Source: a virus. From it: a stretch of 64,000 nt of DNA. Each line of letters starts with the position of its first letter. Positions within the stretch are counted from its first letter, which is position 1. This document shows positions 46,216 to 54,810 of the stretch, in pieces. The notes beneath the pieces are model-generated. The model did no database searches and was not told where the DNA came from. It saw nothing but the letters and a program-made list of their open reading frames with translations. Location of the stretch: positions 1 through 64,000 of IMG/VR virus record IMGVR_UViG_3300037264_007554, one strand, 5' to 3'. The position numbers and the translations under genes are program-made.

Positions 46216-47085
46216 CTAGGCCGCGAGCGCGGCTGCCACCACACTCCCCGCCAGCCCTTCGATCCGGGTCTGGATCTCGGGCAGCTTGACGCCCAGGAGC
46301 GTCTCGTACGACCGGATCTTGTCGAGCAGCTTCTCGCAGCGGACCTTGCGGCTCGCCAGTGCCCGGTCACCGATGCCGCTCTCCTCGGTCCGCGCGGCCA
46401 GCTCGGCCTCGATCTCTTCGGCCGCGTCGCGCGCCTCGCGTGTGATCGAGTCTAAGATCGCCTCGACCGCTTCGTCGCAGTGCAGAGCCGGGATACGGAA
46501 CACCCGGTGCTCACCTGCGGCCTGGATCGCGCGGGCGACCTGCTCCCAGAACGCGACGTTCGGCCGGGGCACGAAGTAGATCCCGCCCGAATCCCGCAGG
46601 CTCGTGGCGGCCTTGCCGTCGGCCAGCTTGACCAACCACCCGCCGATGTCCGTCGAAGCGAGCGTCACGCGCGCCGCACGGAAAGCGGCCTGAATCTCGT
46701 TCGAGATCTTGGACGTCTCGACCGAGAGGGTGTTGATGTCCGTGCGGATGATCTGATACCCGACGTCCCAGCGCGCACGGATCAACTCCGTGGTGTTGAC
46801 GTGCCCGTCCTTCGTGTCGACCTCGACGAGACCCCACCCGCCGTTGAAATCGCCGCCCTTGATCTTGAACGCCTTCCGATTCGCGGATTCCTGGGAGACG
46901 ACCGCGCGACGGATCGCGACTTCGGCCGATGGCTCGCTCGGCAGCAGCGCCGCGTCGAGGCCCTCCGCCTGCCACGCCTGAGTTAGTTTCGCGAGCGTGG
47001 TGTCCCCCGACAGGCGCCAGTAGCTGATCGCGCCCGCGGTGTCCGTGTTGGTGACGATGAAGTTGCTGCTCTTGGTGTTGGTCAT
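46216..47085 (-). CDS. Conserved phage protein (DUF6744-like)
   Basis: GAISYWRL...GLD..LLP...RRAV...LRDSGGIYFVP; AGGAGG RBS. Confidence 0.65.
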   Translation of the reverse strand: MTNTKSSNFIVTNTDTAGAISYWRLSGDTTLAKLTQAWQAEGLDAALLPSEPSAEVAIRRAVVSQESANRKAFKIKGGDFNGGWGLVEVDTKDGHVNTTELIRARWDVGYQIIRTDINTLSVETSKISNEIQAAFRAARVTLASTDIGGWLVKLADGKAATSLRDSGGIYFVPRPNVAFWEQVARAIQAAGEHRVFRIPALHCDEAVEAILDSITREARDAAEEIEAELAARTEESGIGDRALASRKVRCEKLLDKIRSYETLLGVKLPEIQTRIEGLAGSVVAAALAA

Positions 47086-47111
47086 GTTCGTTGCCTCCTG
47101 TTTATCAGACG

Positions 47112-47125
47112 TTCTCAAATAAGAA
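47112..47125. promoter_or_regulatory. TTCTCAAATAAGAA element (copy 3)
   Basis: Intergenic, upstream of the RBS of 46216-47085. Confidence 0.6.
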
Positions 47126-47129
47126 AACT

Positions 47130-47573
47130 TCACTTTCTCAAAGAAATTTCCGCGATGATTCTTTTACGCTCCACGACGGATTTCACGGCCTTGCGCAACG
47201 GCACGAGATTGTCGATCCCGATCGTGTGCGCCCAGCCTGGGATGAACAACTCGTCGAATCTGACCCCTGTCTTGCTTTTCCCCTGCAAGCGCTTGACGGT
47301 CACGCTTTCGGCCGCGTACTTCCCGGCCAGCTTTGAATCGACACTTTCCCAGTCGCTACGAATCAACCGATTCCGACGCCCCTCCCACGTCAACCGCTCG
47401 ACGCCCTCCCGCGAGATGATCGCCGGGTACTCTGCGTCTACGACGCCCCGCAGGCCGCGCAGGGCCCCGAGCACGCGCTTACGGGCATTGCGTCGAGCGA
47501 TTGGTCGATCGGTCGTACCGTCGAGCGTACGCAGCACCCTGCGCAGTTTCTTGATGTGCTTGTCGAAGTTCAT
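47130..47573 (-). CDS. Basic hypothetical protein
   Basis: MNFDKHIKK; GGAGG RBS. Confidence 0.6.
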   Translation of the reverse strand: MNFDKHIKKLRRVLRTLDGTTDRPIARRNARKRVLGALRGLRGVVDAEYPAIISREGVERLTWEGRRNRLIRSDWESVDSKLAGKYAAESVTVKRLQGKSKTGVRFDELFIPGWAHTIGIDNLVPLRKAVKSVVERKRIIAEISLRK

Positions 47574-48865
47574 GCTGCCTCCACTTCTCGTGCGCCGTCG
47601 TCGTCGATCTCGATTCGCGTGCCCCAGGGCGCCGCGGGCCCTCCGCCGATCACACACCAGATCGTCTTGCACCACGTGGGCTCAGCGGCCGGAAAACCGT
47701 CGCCCAGGTGCCCGTCGGTCAGCACGATCACTACCTCGCAGCGCGGCCGCGCCTTTTCCAGTTCCACGAATGCGGGCGTCATGTCGGTGCCCCCGCCGCC
47801 CTTGAGTTGCGCGCACGCTGCCGCGATGTCCCGCACCCGCGCGATACCGTGCACCCGGGCATCGATCGCCACCACCGTCACCTGGGCCGCGACCGCGCGG
47901 AGCACGCCCTCGATCTCGGACGCGGCCTCGGCCAATTCTTTGTCGCCCATCGAGCCGGACGTGTCAACGACAACACCGACCTCCGGCACCGGCGCGCGGT
48001 ACGCAGGCAGCACCGGCCGCCCGACGCCGTAGCCGAACCCGGCCTGACGTCGGCTCGGGCGGCCCCAGTGCAGATCGACAGCACCCGGCCGGTAAGCGAC
48101 GGCGTCGCGCACCACACTCGCGAGCTTGGTCCGCCAATCGACCTTCGCCGGAGCGAGAAACTGATCCGCCCAGCGCGCCAGATCCCCCGGCACCGTGCCC
48201 CGGCCCTGCGTCGCCTGCACGGCCTCCGCGACGGTCCGCTTCATCCGATCTAGTTCGGCCTGGGACCGGCCGCCTCCCTCACCACCGCCCGGCTCCTCTC
48301 CCGGTGTCGGATTGCCGCAGCACGATCCGCACTGGCCGCTGCCGACACCGTTACCCTTGCCCTTGCCCTCGCCTGGCTTGCCCTGCCCGCCGCCCTGGCT
48401 CTGCTGCGGCTGCTTCTGCTTCTGCTGATCGAGCAGCCGGAAACGCTCCTCGAAAATCAGCTTCTCCGGCTGCTGCAGGGTCTCGGGGTACACCCATTCC
48501 TTCGGCAACTCGCGGCCCAGCTTTTTCGCGGCGTCGCGCAGCGATTCATTGATGCACGCGTCCTGTGCGACGTTCGCCTGCGACGCAGTCTCCCCGGTCA
48601 CGCCGAGGGCCTCGGCGCGCGTGAAGTGATCGAGCATCACGTGCATGCACTCGTGGAACAGGCCCCAAGCGACCGTCTCCGGCGTCTGCGAATCCACCCA
48701 CGCCCGGCCCCAGTACAGCACGCCGTCCTTGCTCACCGCGAGCGTGGGCACCTGAGAGGACTCACGCCGTACCAGCGTCGCGAAGACGCTTGCCAGGTAC
48801 GGCGCGATGCCCTTCTCGTCGGTGAGCCGCGTGATCGCGACGCCGAGCTTCGTCTGCGCGTCCAT
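47570..48865 (-). CDS. DUF2201-type metallopeptidase + VWA domain protein
   Basis: HECMH (HExxH); DTSGSM, GGGTD, LTDG MIDAS motifs. Confidence 0.9.
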   Translation of the reverse strand: MDAQTKLGVAITRLTDEKGIAPYLASVFATLVRRESSQVPTLAVSKDGVLYWGRAWVDSQTPETVAWGLFHECMHVMLDHFTRAEALGVTGETASQANVAQDACINESLRDAAKKLGRELPKEWVYPETLQQPEKLIFEERFRLLDQQKQKQPQQSQGGGQGKPGEGKGKGNGVGSGQCGSCCGNPTPGEEPGGGEGGGRSQAELDRMKRTVAEAVQATQGRGTVPGDLARWADQFLAPAKVDWRTKLASVVRDAVAYRPGAVDLHWGRPSRRQAGFGYGVGRPVLPAYRAPVPEVGVVVDTSGSMGDKELAEAASEIEGVLRAVAAQVTVVAIDARVHGIARVRDIAAACAQLKGGGGTDMTPAFVELEKARPRCEVVIVLTDGHLGDGFPAAEPTWCKTIWCVIGGGPAAPWGTRIEIDDDGAREVEAA

Positions 48866-48866
48866 G

Positions 48867-50036
48867 TTACTTGCCCCCCACGAGACCGGCGCCACGGAGG
48901 AGGGGTTCGAGACGCCCGAGCAGCGGCCGGGCCGCGGGCAACGACGTGAGCAACTCTTTCGTGCCGGGGAACGGCTGCGCCCGCGAGAGCACCCGCGCGG
49001 CCGGGATCGCGCAATCCGCCGCGTCGGCGATCACTTCGCCGATCGTCTGCCACAGCTTGGCCGCACGTTCACGGCGCCGCTCCGCGGTCGGAGGAGCCAC
49101 CAGCGCGGCGCACGCACCGAGCACGGCCAGCGTGCGATCCAGGCGGCGCACGTCGTGCTTCCAGTCGACTTTGCCGTCGAGGTAGTCGGCCGTGTCCGGC
49201 AGATCCGCGGTTGCGCGGAAGGTCGCCAGCTCCGAGACCCAGGCCGAGCCGACGAACGCCCCCACGAACTCGTCGGACTCCGACTCGGTCAGGCCGTGGA
49301 CCTTGCTCGCCGCCAGCGCGAGCGCGGCGTACTCGACGGAGCGGCGCGACGGCCACGCCTTACCCGGGGCACCCTGCGCTGGCTGCTTGTGCAGCAACTC
49401 GGGGCGCCTCTGGATGAAGCCCGCGACGAGACCACGGGCAGCCGCGTCGGCACCCGGCCACGCGTCCTGCACGCGCTTCTCCTCGGCGAGAGCGTCGATC
49501 GGAGTGACGTCGCCGGAGCGAAAACCGCCCAGGAAACCAGCGACCCACTCCGTCGTCGACAGGCCGTTGTACTCCAGATGACCGAACCGGTTGCGCAGCG
49601 CCGGGGCCAAATCCCAGCCTCCGGCCGCGTCCCGCACTTCGTTCGCCGCGCCGATCACCCGGGCACGCTTGCCCAGGTAGTGCGACCCGATGGTCCGGAG
49701 CTGCACAGCGCCGAGCAGCGGCGCCTGCAGCGCGGGCGGCGCCGTGTTGATCTCGTCCAGAAAAAGCAGCCCGCCGCGCTCGAACTTCTGCGCGTAATCC
49801 GGCGCCGGGTAATGCAGGAACCCGTCCTCACCGGGGATTGGTACGACCCCGAAAGCGCCCTCGCCGCGCTCGGCCGGGGACAGCCGCTCGTACTGCAGGC
49901 CGGTGCGCGCCGCGATCGACGCGAGCAGACTTGTTTTCCCCACACCCGGGGGCCCCCAGAGCAGGAGCGGCAGGCCCCAGGCCCCCTCGGGGGATGGTGT
50001 GAACAGCGCGGCGTGGATGATCTTCTCGATGCTCAT
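48867..50036 (-). CDS. MoxR/AAA_5-like ATPase
   Basis: GPPGVGKT, LFLDEIN, AAN, ALRNRF, PSRRS. Confidence 0.9.
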   Translation of the reverse strand: MSIEKIIHAALFTPSPEGAWGLPLLLWGPPGVGKTSLLASIAARTGLQYERLSPAERGEGAFGVVPIPGEDGFLHYPAPDYAQKFERGGLLFLDEINTAPPALQAPLLGAVQLRTIGSHYLGKRARVIGAANEVRDAAGGWDLAPALRNRFGHLEYNGLSTTEWVAGFLGGFRSGDVTPIDALAEEKRVQDAWPGADAAARGLVAGFIQRRPELLHKQPAQGAPGKAWPSRRSVEYAALALAASKVHGLTESESDEFVGAFVGSAWVSELATFRATADLPDTADYLDGKVDWKHDVRRLDRTLAVLGACAALVAPPTAERRRERAAKLWQTIGEVIADAADCAIPAARVLSRAQPFPGTKELLTSLPAARPLLGRLEPLLRGAGLVGGK

Positions 50037-50056
50037 TGGAGTGTCCTTTCGCGAGA

Positions 50057-50516
50057 GTGATATACGTGTATCACATGGTAGGACCGGGCGGCTATCTTTT
50101 TAATTCACTCTTTTTCAAACTTTCTTCCGACCCCAGCCCGATCCGTGTCAGACCCCCATGTATCATTAGAGGGGCGCCAGAGGGCCGTCCAGGTCGGTTA
50201 AAACGGCTCCCGAGGGTCTTTTTAAGACGGGTCGCGTTATTCAAAAGAGTGCTCGCCAGAACGCATACGCGGCCCGTGGCTGCACGTAAAACGCCAGGCC
50301 CCTTTGCTACACGTATATCAAGATCGCAAAATCGGTATCTCGCGTCATCAAGGGGTTACACGTATGGTCATACGTAAAAAAGTAGGGTTAGTCGTGAATA
50401 GTCGAATAGTTGCAAACGTCCGATTCCGGGCGCGAGCCCGCGACCGGGCGCCTGACCTCCCGCGAAATAAGTTTGAAAAAGTGTGAATGGCAAGAAAATG
50501 TGATACGTCTATATCA
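50057..50516. promoter_or_regulatory. Divergent promoter region with four TGATACACGTATATCA-like operator copies
   Basis: Copies at 50057-50074 (reverse), 50305-50320, 50355-50370 (degenerate) and 50500-50516. Confidence 0.65.
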
Positions 50517-50532
50517 GTAGGAGACAGAGACC

Positions 50533-51351
50533 ATGACGACACCAGACCTGAAGAGCTACGATGTGATTTTGGTGAACAGCAGCGCGGGCAAGGACAGCCA
50601 GGCGATGCTCGACTACGTGGTGGCGCTCGCGACGGCCGCCGGGGTGCGTGACCGGGTGTCGGTCGTGCACTGCGATCTCGGGCGCGTCGAGTGGCAGGGC
50701 ACCTTAGCCCTGGCCGAGCGCCAGGCCGCCCACTACGGTGTGCCGTTCCGGGCCGTCTCCCGGCCGCAGGGTGACCTGCTCACCCACATCGAGACCCGCG
50801 GCAAGTTCCCGTCGTCCACGGCCCGCTACTGCACGAGCGACCACAAGCGCGGCCAGGTCCGGCGCGTGATGACGGCCCTGACCGACGCGGTCCGCGCGAC
50901 GGGCGGCACGACCGGGCGCCCGGTGCGCATCCTGAATTGCATGGGGATCCGAGCCGACGAGAGCCCGGCGCGCGCCAAGAAAATCGACTTCCAGCGCGAC
51001 GAGAAGGCCAGCAACGGTCGCCGCTCCGTCGATGCCTGGCTCCCGATCTTCACCTGGACCGTCTCCCAGGTCTGGGATCGCATCAAGGCGTCGGGCGTCG
51101 AGCACCACCGCGCGTACGATCTCGGCATGAAGCGCCTGTCGTGCGTGTTCTGCATCTTCGCTCCCAAGCCCGCGCTGCTGATCGCCGGTGCGCACAACCC
51201 CGAACTGCTCGCCGAGTACGTGCGGGTCGAGGAGAAGATCGGCCACGACTTCCGCAAGGGCTTCAAGCTGCGAGTCATCCAGGACGAGATCGCGGCGGGC
51301 GTCGACACGGCGAAGCTCGCCGACAGCGACACCGGCTGCTGGAACATGTAA
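50533..51351 (+). CDS. PAPS reductase-family protein
   Basis: SSAGKDS PP-loop, RYCTSDHK, GIRADES..R, RLSCVFC. Confidence 0.88.
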   Translation: MTTPDLKSYDVILVNSSAGKDSQAMLDYVVALATAAGVRDRVSVVHCDLGRVEWQGTLALAERQAAHYGVPFRAVSRPQGDLLTHIETRGKFPSSTARYCTSDHKRGQVRRVMTALTDAVRATGGTTGRPVRILNCMGIRADESPARAKKIDFQRDEKASNGRRSVDAWLPIFTWTVSQVWDRIKASGVEHHRAYDLGMKRLSCVFCIFAPKPALLIAGAHNPELLAEYVRVEEKIGHDFRKGFKLRVIQDEIAAGVDTAKLADSDTGCWNM

Positions 51352-51372
51352 CACCGGAAAGGGACACCGACC

Positions 51373-52521
51373 ATGAAAACAGTTCTCAGTTTCGGGATGG
51401 GCGTCGACAGCGCGGCGATCTTGCTGCGTTGGCTCGATGATCCGGCCTCGCGCGACTTCGACCTCGCCGACCTCATCGTCATCACGGCCATGACAGGCGA
51501 CGAATTCGAGCAGACCCGCATCGACTGTGAAACCCACATCCTGCCGCGCCTGCGGGCCGCTGGCGTGCGTTTCGTGCAGGTCGCGCGCGGCAACCGCCAG
51601 GGCATGCTGGCCGTCCTTGACGACAGCCGCGCGCCCCAGGCAGTGCTCCTCGAAGGTTGGTACAAGCTGTCGCAGGAATGGGAGGAGTCCGGCACCATCC
51701 AGGCCACGGCTGGACAGCGGCTGTGCAGCATCCACGCCAAGGGCGAGATCCTCGACAAGTGGCTGCTGCAGGAGTTCGGCAACCAGCCGTTCCGCCACGT
51801 GATCGGGTTCGAGTGCAACGAGACCGGCCGCCGCGACAAGGACGCAGCCCAAACGCGCGCGACCCAGCCGGACAAAGCCAACCGGATGCCGAACAGAGTT
51901 CCCTGCTACCCGCTCATCGACTGGGCATGGGACCGGCAACGCTGCATCAACTACATCGCTTCGGTGACGAGCGCGGCCTGGGAGAAATCCTGCTGCGGCT
52001 ACTGCCCGTTCGCCGGACAAAACAAGGCCGGGCGCGCGGACTTCGTGCGCCGCTTCCGCCGCGAGCCGGACCGCGCGGCGCAAGCGATCTGGCTCGAACA
52101 CAACGCCCTGGCCTTCCACGACGGCATGAAGCTCTACAAGACCACCACCGTGCGCCAGGTGTGCAAGGATGAAGGTCTCACCGACGGGCTGAAGTTGTTC
52201 GACGAGAAGCTCGCGGCCGTCTCGGAGTGGTCCGTCTACCGCGTCGGCCGCGTCTACAACGGTGCGGCCGTGCCGCCCCGCTCGATTGTGAAAGAGGGCA
52301 CCGGCAGCCGCGCGGCGATGCTGTCGCTGCTCTCGACGTTCGGACAGGTCGAAGTGGACGAACACGACCACCACCGGGTTCACCTTTCGCACAGGCCCGC
52401 ACCAAAGCGTCAAGGCGTCGAGGAATACCTCGTGGTGGCCCCGGCGCACGTGCACGAGAAGACGAACAAGGCGTTCGTGAACGCGCGGGCAAGGCTGGCG
52501 GGGCTCGTGGTCGCGGCCTGA
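51373..52521 (+). CDS. Divergent PAPS reductase/adenine nucleotide alpha-hydrolase-like protein
   Basis: SFGMGVDS, RLCSIHAK, IGF...E..R, YPLIDW, KSCCGYCPF. Confidence 0.75.
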   Translation: MKTVLSFGMGVDSAAILLRWLDDPASRDFDLADLIVITAMTGDEFEQTRIDCETHILPRLRAAGVRFVQVARGNRQGMLAVLDDSRAPQAVLLEGWYKLSQEWEESGTIQATAGQRLCSIHAKGEILDKWLLQEFGNQPFRHVIGFECNETGRRDKDAAQTRATQPDKANRMPNRVPCYPLIDWAWDRQRCINYIASVTSAAWEKSCCGYCPFAGQNKAGRADFVRRFRREPDRAAQAIWLEHNALAFHDGMKLYKTTTVRQVCKDEGLTDGLKLFDEKLAAVSEWSVYRVGRVYNGAAVPPRSIVKEGTGSRAAMLSLLSTFGQVEVDEHDHHRVHLSHRPAPKRQGVEEYLVVAPAHVHEKTNKAFVNARARLAGLVVAA

Positions 52522-52525
52522 ATAA

Positions 52526-52539
52526 TTCTCAAATAAGAA
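52526..52539. promoter_or_regulatory. TTCTCAAATAAGAA element (copy 4)
   Basis: Intergenic, identical to 47112-47125. Confidence 0.6.
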
Positions 52540-52568
52540 CGTCTCATCAAAACTGAAAGGGGCGCATC

Positions 52569-53018
52569 ATGACCACACCAATCAAAGCCATCCACATCGA
52601 GCGCGCCGAAGGCACCGACGAAGACTGCCGCGCGGGCCAGGGCGTGCACGCTGACTGGGCGAGCGCAGAGGCTCACATCAAACGCATGGCACGCACGGCG
52701 CCCGAGGGTGGCGGCTACGACAAGACCGACATTCGCGTCGAGTGGGCCGACGGCGAGAGCTACGCCTGGCGCTTCGACATGACCCGCGAACACGCGACCG
52801 ATCCGGCGCCGCTCGCGAGCGAACTGCGCAGCATCTCATCCTGCTGGGCCGGGCGCCGCTGCCCTGATCATCTGGATGCAGCCGAGTACCTCAAGCTACG
52901 CGAACGCTTCGCGAAGTACACAGAGACAACGCGTGAAGCGCGCGACGCGGCCTTCGGCCACCTGCTCGACGAATACGAGATCGGGGCATGCACCATACGA
53001 GAGGAAACACGAACATGA
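52569..53018 (+). CDS. LPD25-like domain protein
   Basis: GGYDKTDIRVEWADGESY..RFD. Confidence 0.6.
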   Translation: MTTPIKAIHIERAEGTDEDCRAGQGVHADWASAEAHIKRMARTAPEGGGYDKTDIRVEWADGESYAWRFDMTREHATDPAPLASELRSISSCWAGRRCPDHLDAAEYLKLRERFAKYTETTREARDAAFGHLLDEYEIGACTIREETRT

Positions 53019-53521
53019 AAATCACTCCGGAAAAATGCCGAGCCTGCAGCGCCGCGCGCTACGTAAAAAACGACAACACAGCAACGTGCGACGGGCACAA
53101 GAATGGCGCTGTGCAGCCCTCCACGCCGACGCAACCGAAACCACCGAAGCCTTGGAAACCTGGCGACGCGATCAACCCCCAGAGCGTCGACGCGGATTCT
53201 CTCGGCGACATCTTGCTCGTGCTCCAGAACGTACTAGATCACATGAAGCACCCGCGCAAGATCGCGCTCGACAAGGAAAAAATTGAACGCGCGCTCGACG
53301 ATGCGAGAGGTTTAGCCGAAGACCTGGGCAAGCTGTCCGGCAACGCGGCCGACGCAGAAAACTACATCGACGAGAACTGGAACGAGAGCGCCGTCGACGC
53401 GCTCGACACACTCCGTGATGCCCTGACCGACAACCTCCCGCCCTGGGTGTGGTCCGAGGCTCTGGATGCGGCGGAAAAAGGTGATACCATTCGTGTGCGG
53501 AAAGTGTTCGAGCTGTCATGA
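53015..53521 (+). CDS. Hypothetical protein
   Basis: Coupled, RBS. Confidence 0.6.
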   Translation: MKITPEKCRACSAARYVKNDNTATCDGHKNGAVQPSTPTQPKPPKPWKPGDAINPQSVDADSLGDILLVLQNVLDHMKHPRKIALDKEKIERALDDARGLAEDLGKLSGNAADAENYIDENWNESAVDALDTLRDALTDNLPPWVWSEALDAAEKGDTIRVRKVFELS

Positions 53522-53901
53522 ACCTCGACGATCTTGTGGGCAAACGCTGGGCCTTTTACGGCGTGGACAACAACACGTTCCGGATTCGAGAGATCGGAAC
53601 CCGCAACACAATCACGCTCGAAGTTGTCGAAGACAAAGAGGACGGATACCGATCTTCTCTCGACAAATTGAGAACGATCGACAGCCCTGCCGAACTGAAG
53701 AAACTCATTTTCTTCAAACGCCCGGTCGTCACCTTGACTGGGCGTAGCGCCGAAAACGATGCCAACATCGTCGAGCTATACAGCGGGACAGACTTCGTCT
53801 GGCTACGCATCGGAACCGACGAGAGCGACTCCTACTACCCTACCTTCGTCTTCAGCTACAACACGCCGGAAGACGCGAGCATCGAGGCGCTGGTACGATG
53901 A
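53518..53901 (+). CDS. Conserved phage hypothetical protein
   Basis: EDGYRSSL...IGTD..D.YYPTFVF. Confidence 0.7.
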   Translation: MNLDDLVGKRWAFYGVDNNTFRIREIGTRNTITLEVVEDKEDGYRSSLDKLRTIDSPAELKKLIFFKRPVVTLTGRSAENDANIVELYSGTDFVWLRIGTDESDSYYPTFVFSYNTPEDASIEALVR

Positions 53902-54089
53902 CCTGGGACAGAGTCAACGAGCTGCTCGACGCCGGGCAAGACGCCCACGCGATCGAACTCGCGCACAACCTGGCGGCATCCTTACAGCGGCACACGGACG
54001 CCCCGCGCTTCACCCGGCTGCCAAACTACCGAGACATCGAAGTGCTCGACCGAGTGAAGGCCGCGCTGATTCGCAAGGTGCTGTCGTGA
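53898..54089 (+). CDS. Hypothetical protein
   Basis: Coupled. Confidence 0.55.
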   Translation: MTWDRVNELLDAGQDAHAIELAHNLAASLQRHTDAPRFTRLPNYRDIEVLDRVKAALIRKVLS

Positions 54090-54367
54090 GCTACATCGCG
54101 ATCCAGGTCACCGAGGAAGGCGGCGAGGAAATTCTCGGCGCGGCTCTCAGCCTCGAACTGCTACGGACGCAAGTGATCGAAGACGTGACCGCGCTCTACA
54201 TCGAGCAAGTGACGACCGACAAGGACAGAGAAGCGATCTGCGTCCTCATGGAAGAAGGGGTCGACAACCGGGTCGCCCTGCACACCGTGCTAGGGCCGGA
54301 CTTCCCGCTGCGCCTGATGCGTTTCGTGAACGACGTCCTGGCGTCGGTGAAGTTCGAGCCTGCCTAG
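54086..54367 (+). CDS. Hypothetical acidic protein
   Basis: GTGA coupling. Confidence 0.55.
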   Translation: MSYIAIQVTEEGGEEILGAALSLELLRTQVIEDVTALYIEQVTTDKDREAICVLMEEGVDNRVALHTVLGPDFPLRLMRFVNDVLASVKFEPA

Positions 54368-54537
54368 TCTCCGCTCTCTTCGCCCTCTTCACCCTCGTGC
54401 GCGTACCACCAACCCTTTTCCCAGAGCGTGTACAGATCCTTTTCCTTGTCAATCGTGTGCGGGTTGCCGTTGAGCCGTCCACCGGCCTGCGCGAAGTCGA
54501 AGCCCGCGGCGTACGGATCACCCGGAGCCTCGAACAC
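54364..54537 (-). CDS. Small Rmf/CrpP-like domain protein (start uncertain)
   Basis: YAAGF....G....NP.......WEKGW. Confidence 0.45.
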   Translation of the reverse strand: MFEAPGDPYAAGFDFAQAGGRLNGNPHTIDKEKDLYTLWEKGWWYAHEGEEGEESGD

Positions 54538-54617
54538 CCGATGACGAACGCCCCGTACACGACGGCGTCCTACCGGTCGCGGGCGCTCTGCGAGTGCGGG
54601 CACAGGTGCCACGGCGG

Positions 54618-54764
54618 CTAACGCTTGCACGCGTTGAAGCGCTTCATGCAGTGGCTGGCCTTTCGGCGGCCTCCCTTACCCCGCATGCAGTGCGAGAGGG
54701 CTTGCTTGCAGTGACCTGGAGCGGCCTTCGCCGCGCGCGCGGCGCCGGTGAGTCGTCTTGCCAT
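54618..54764 (-). CDS. 48-aa basic four-Cys protein
   Basis: MARRLTGA...APGHCKQALSHC...CMKRFNAC; leaderless promoter TTGACA-N18-TAGCCT. Confidence 0.75.
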   Translation of the reverse strand: MARRLTGAARAAKAAPGHCKQALSHCMRGKGGRRKASHCMKRFNACKR

Positions 54765-54810
54765 GCGTCGAAGGCTACGCGAAGCCTCGAACGCTTGTCA
54801 AATTAGGTGG

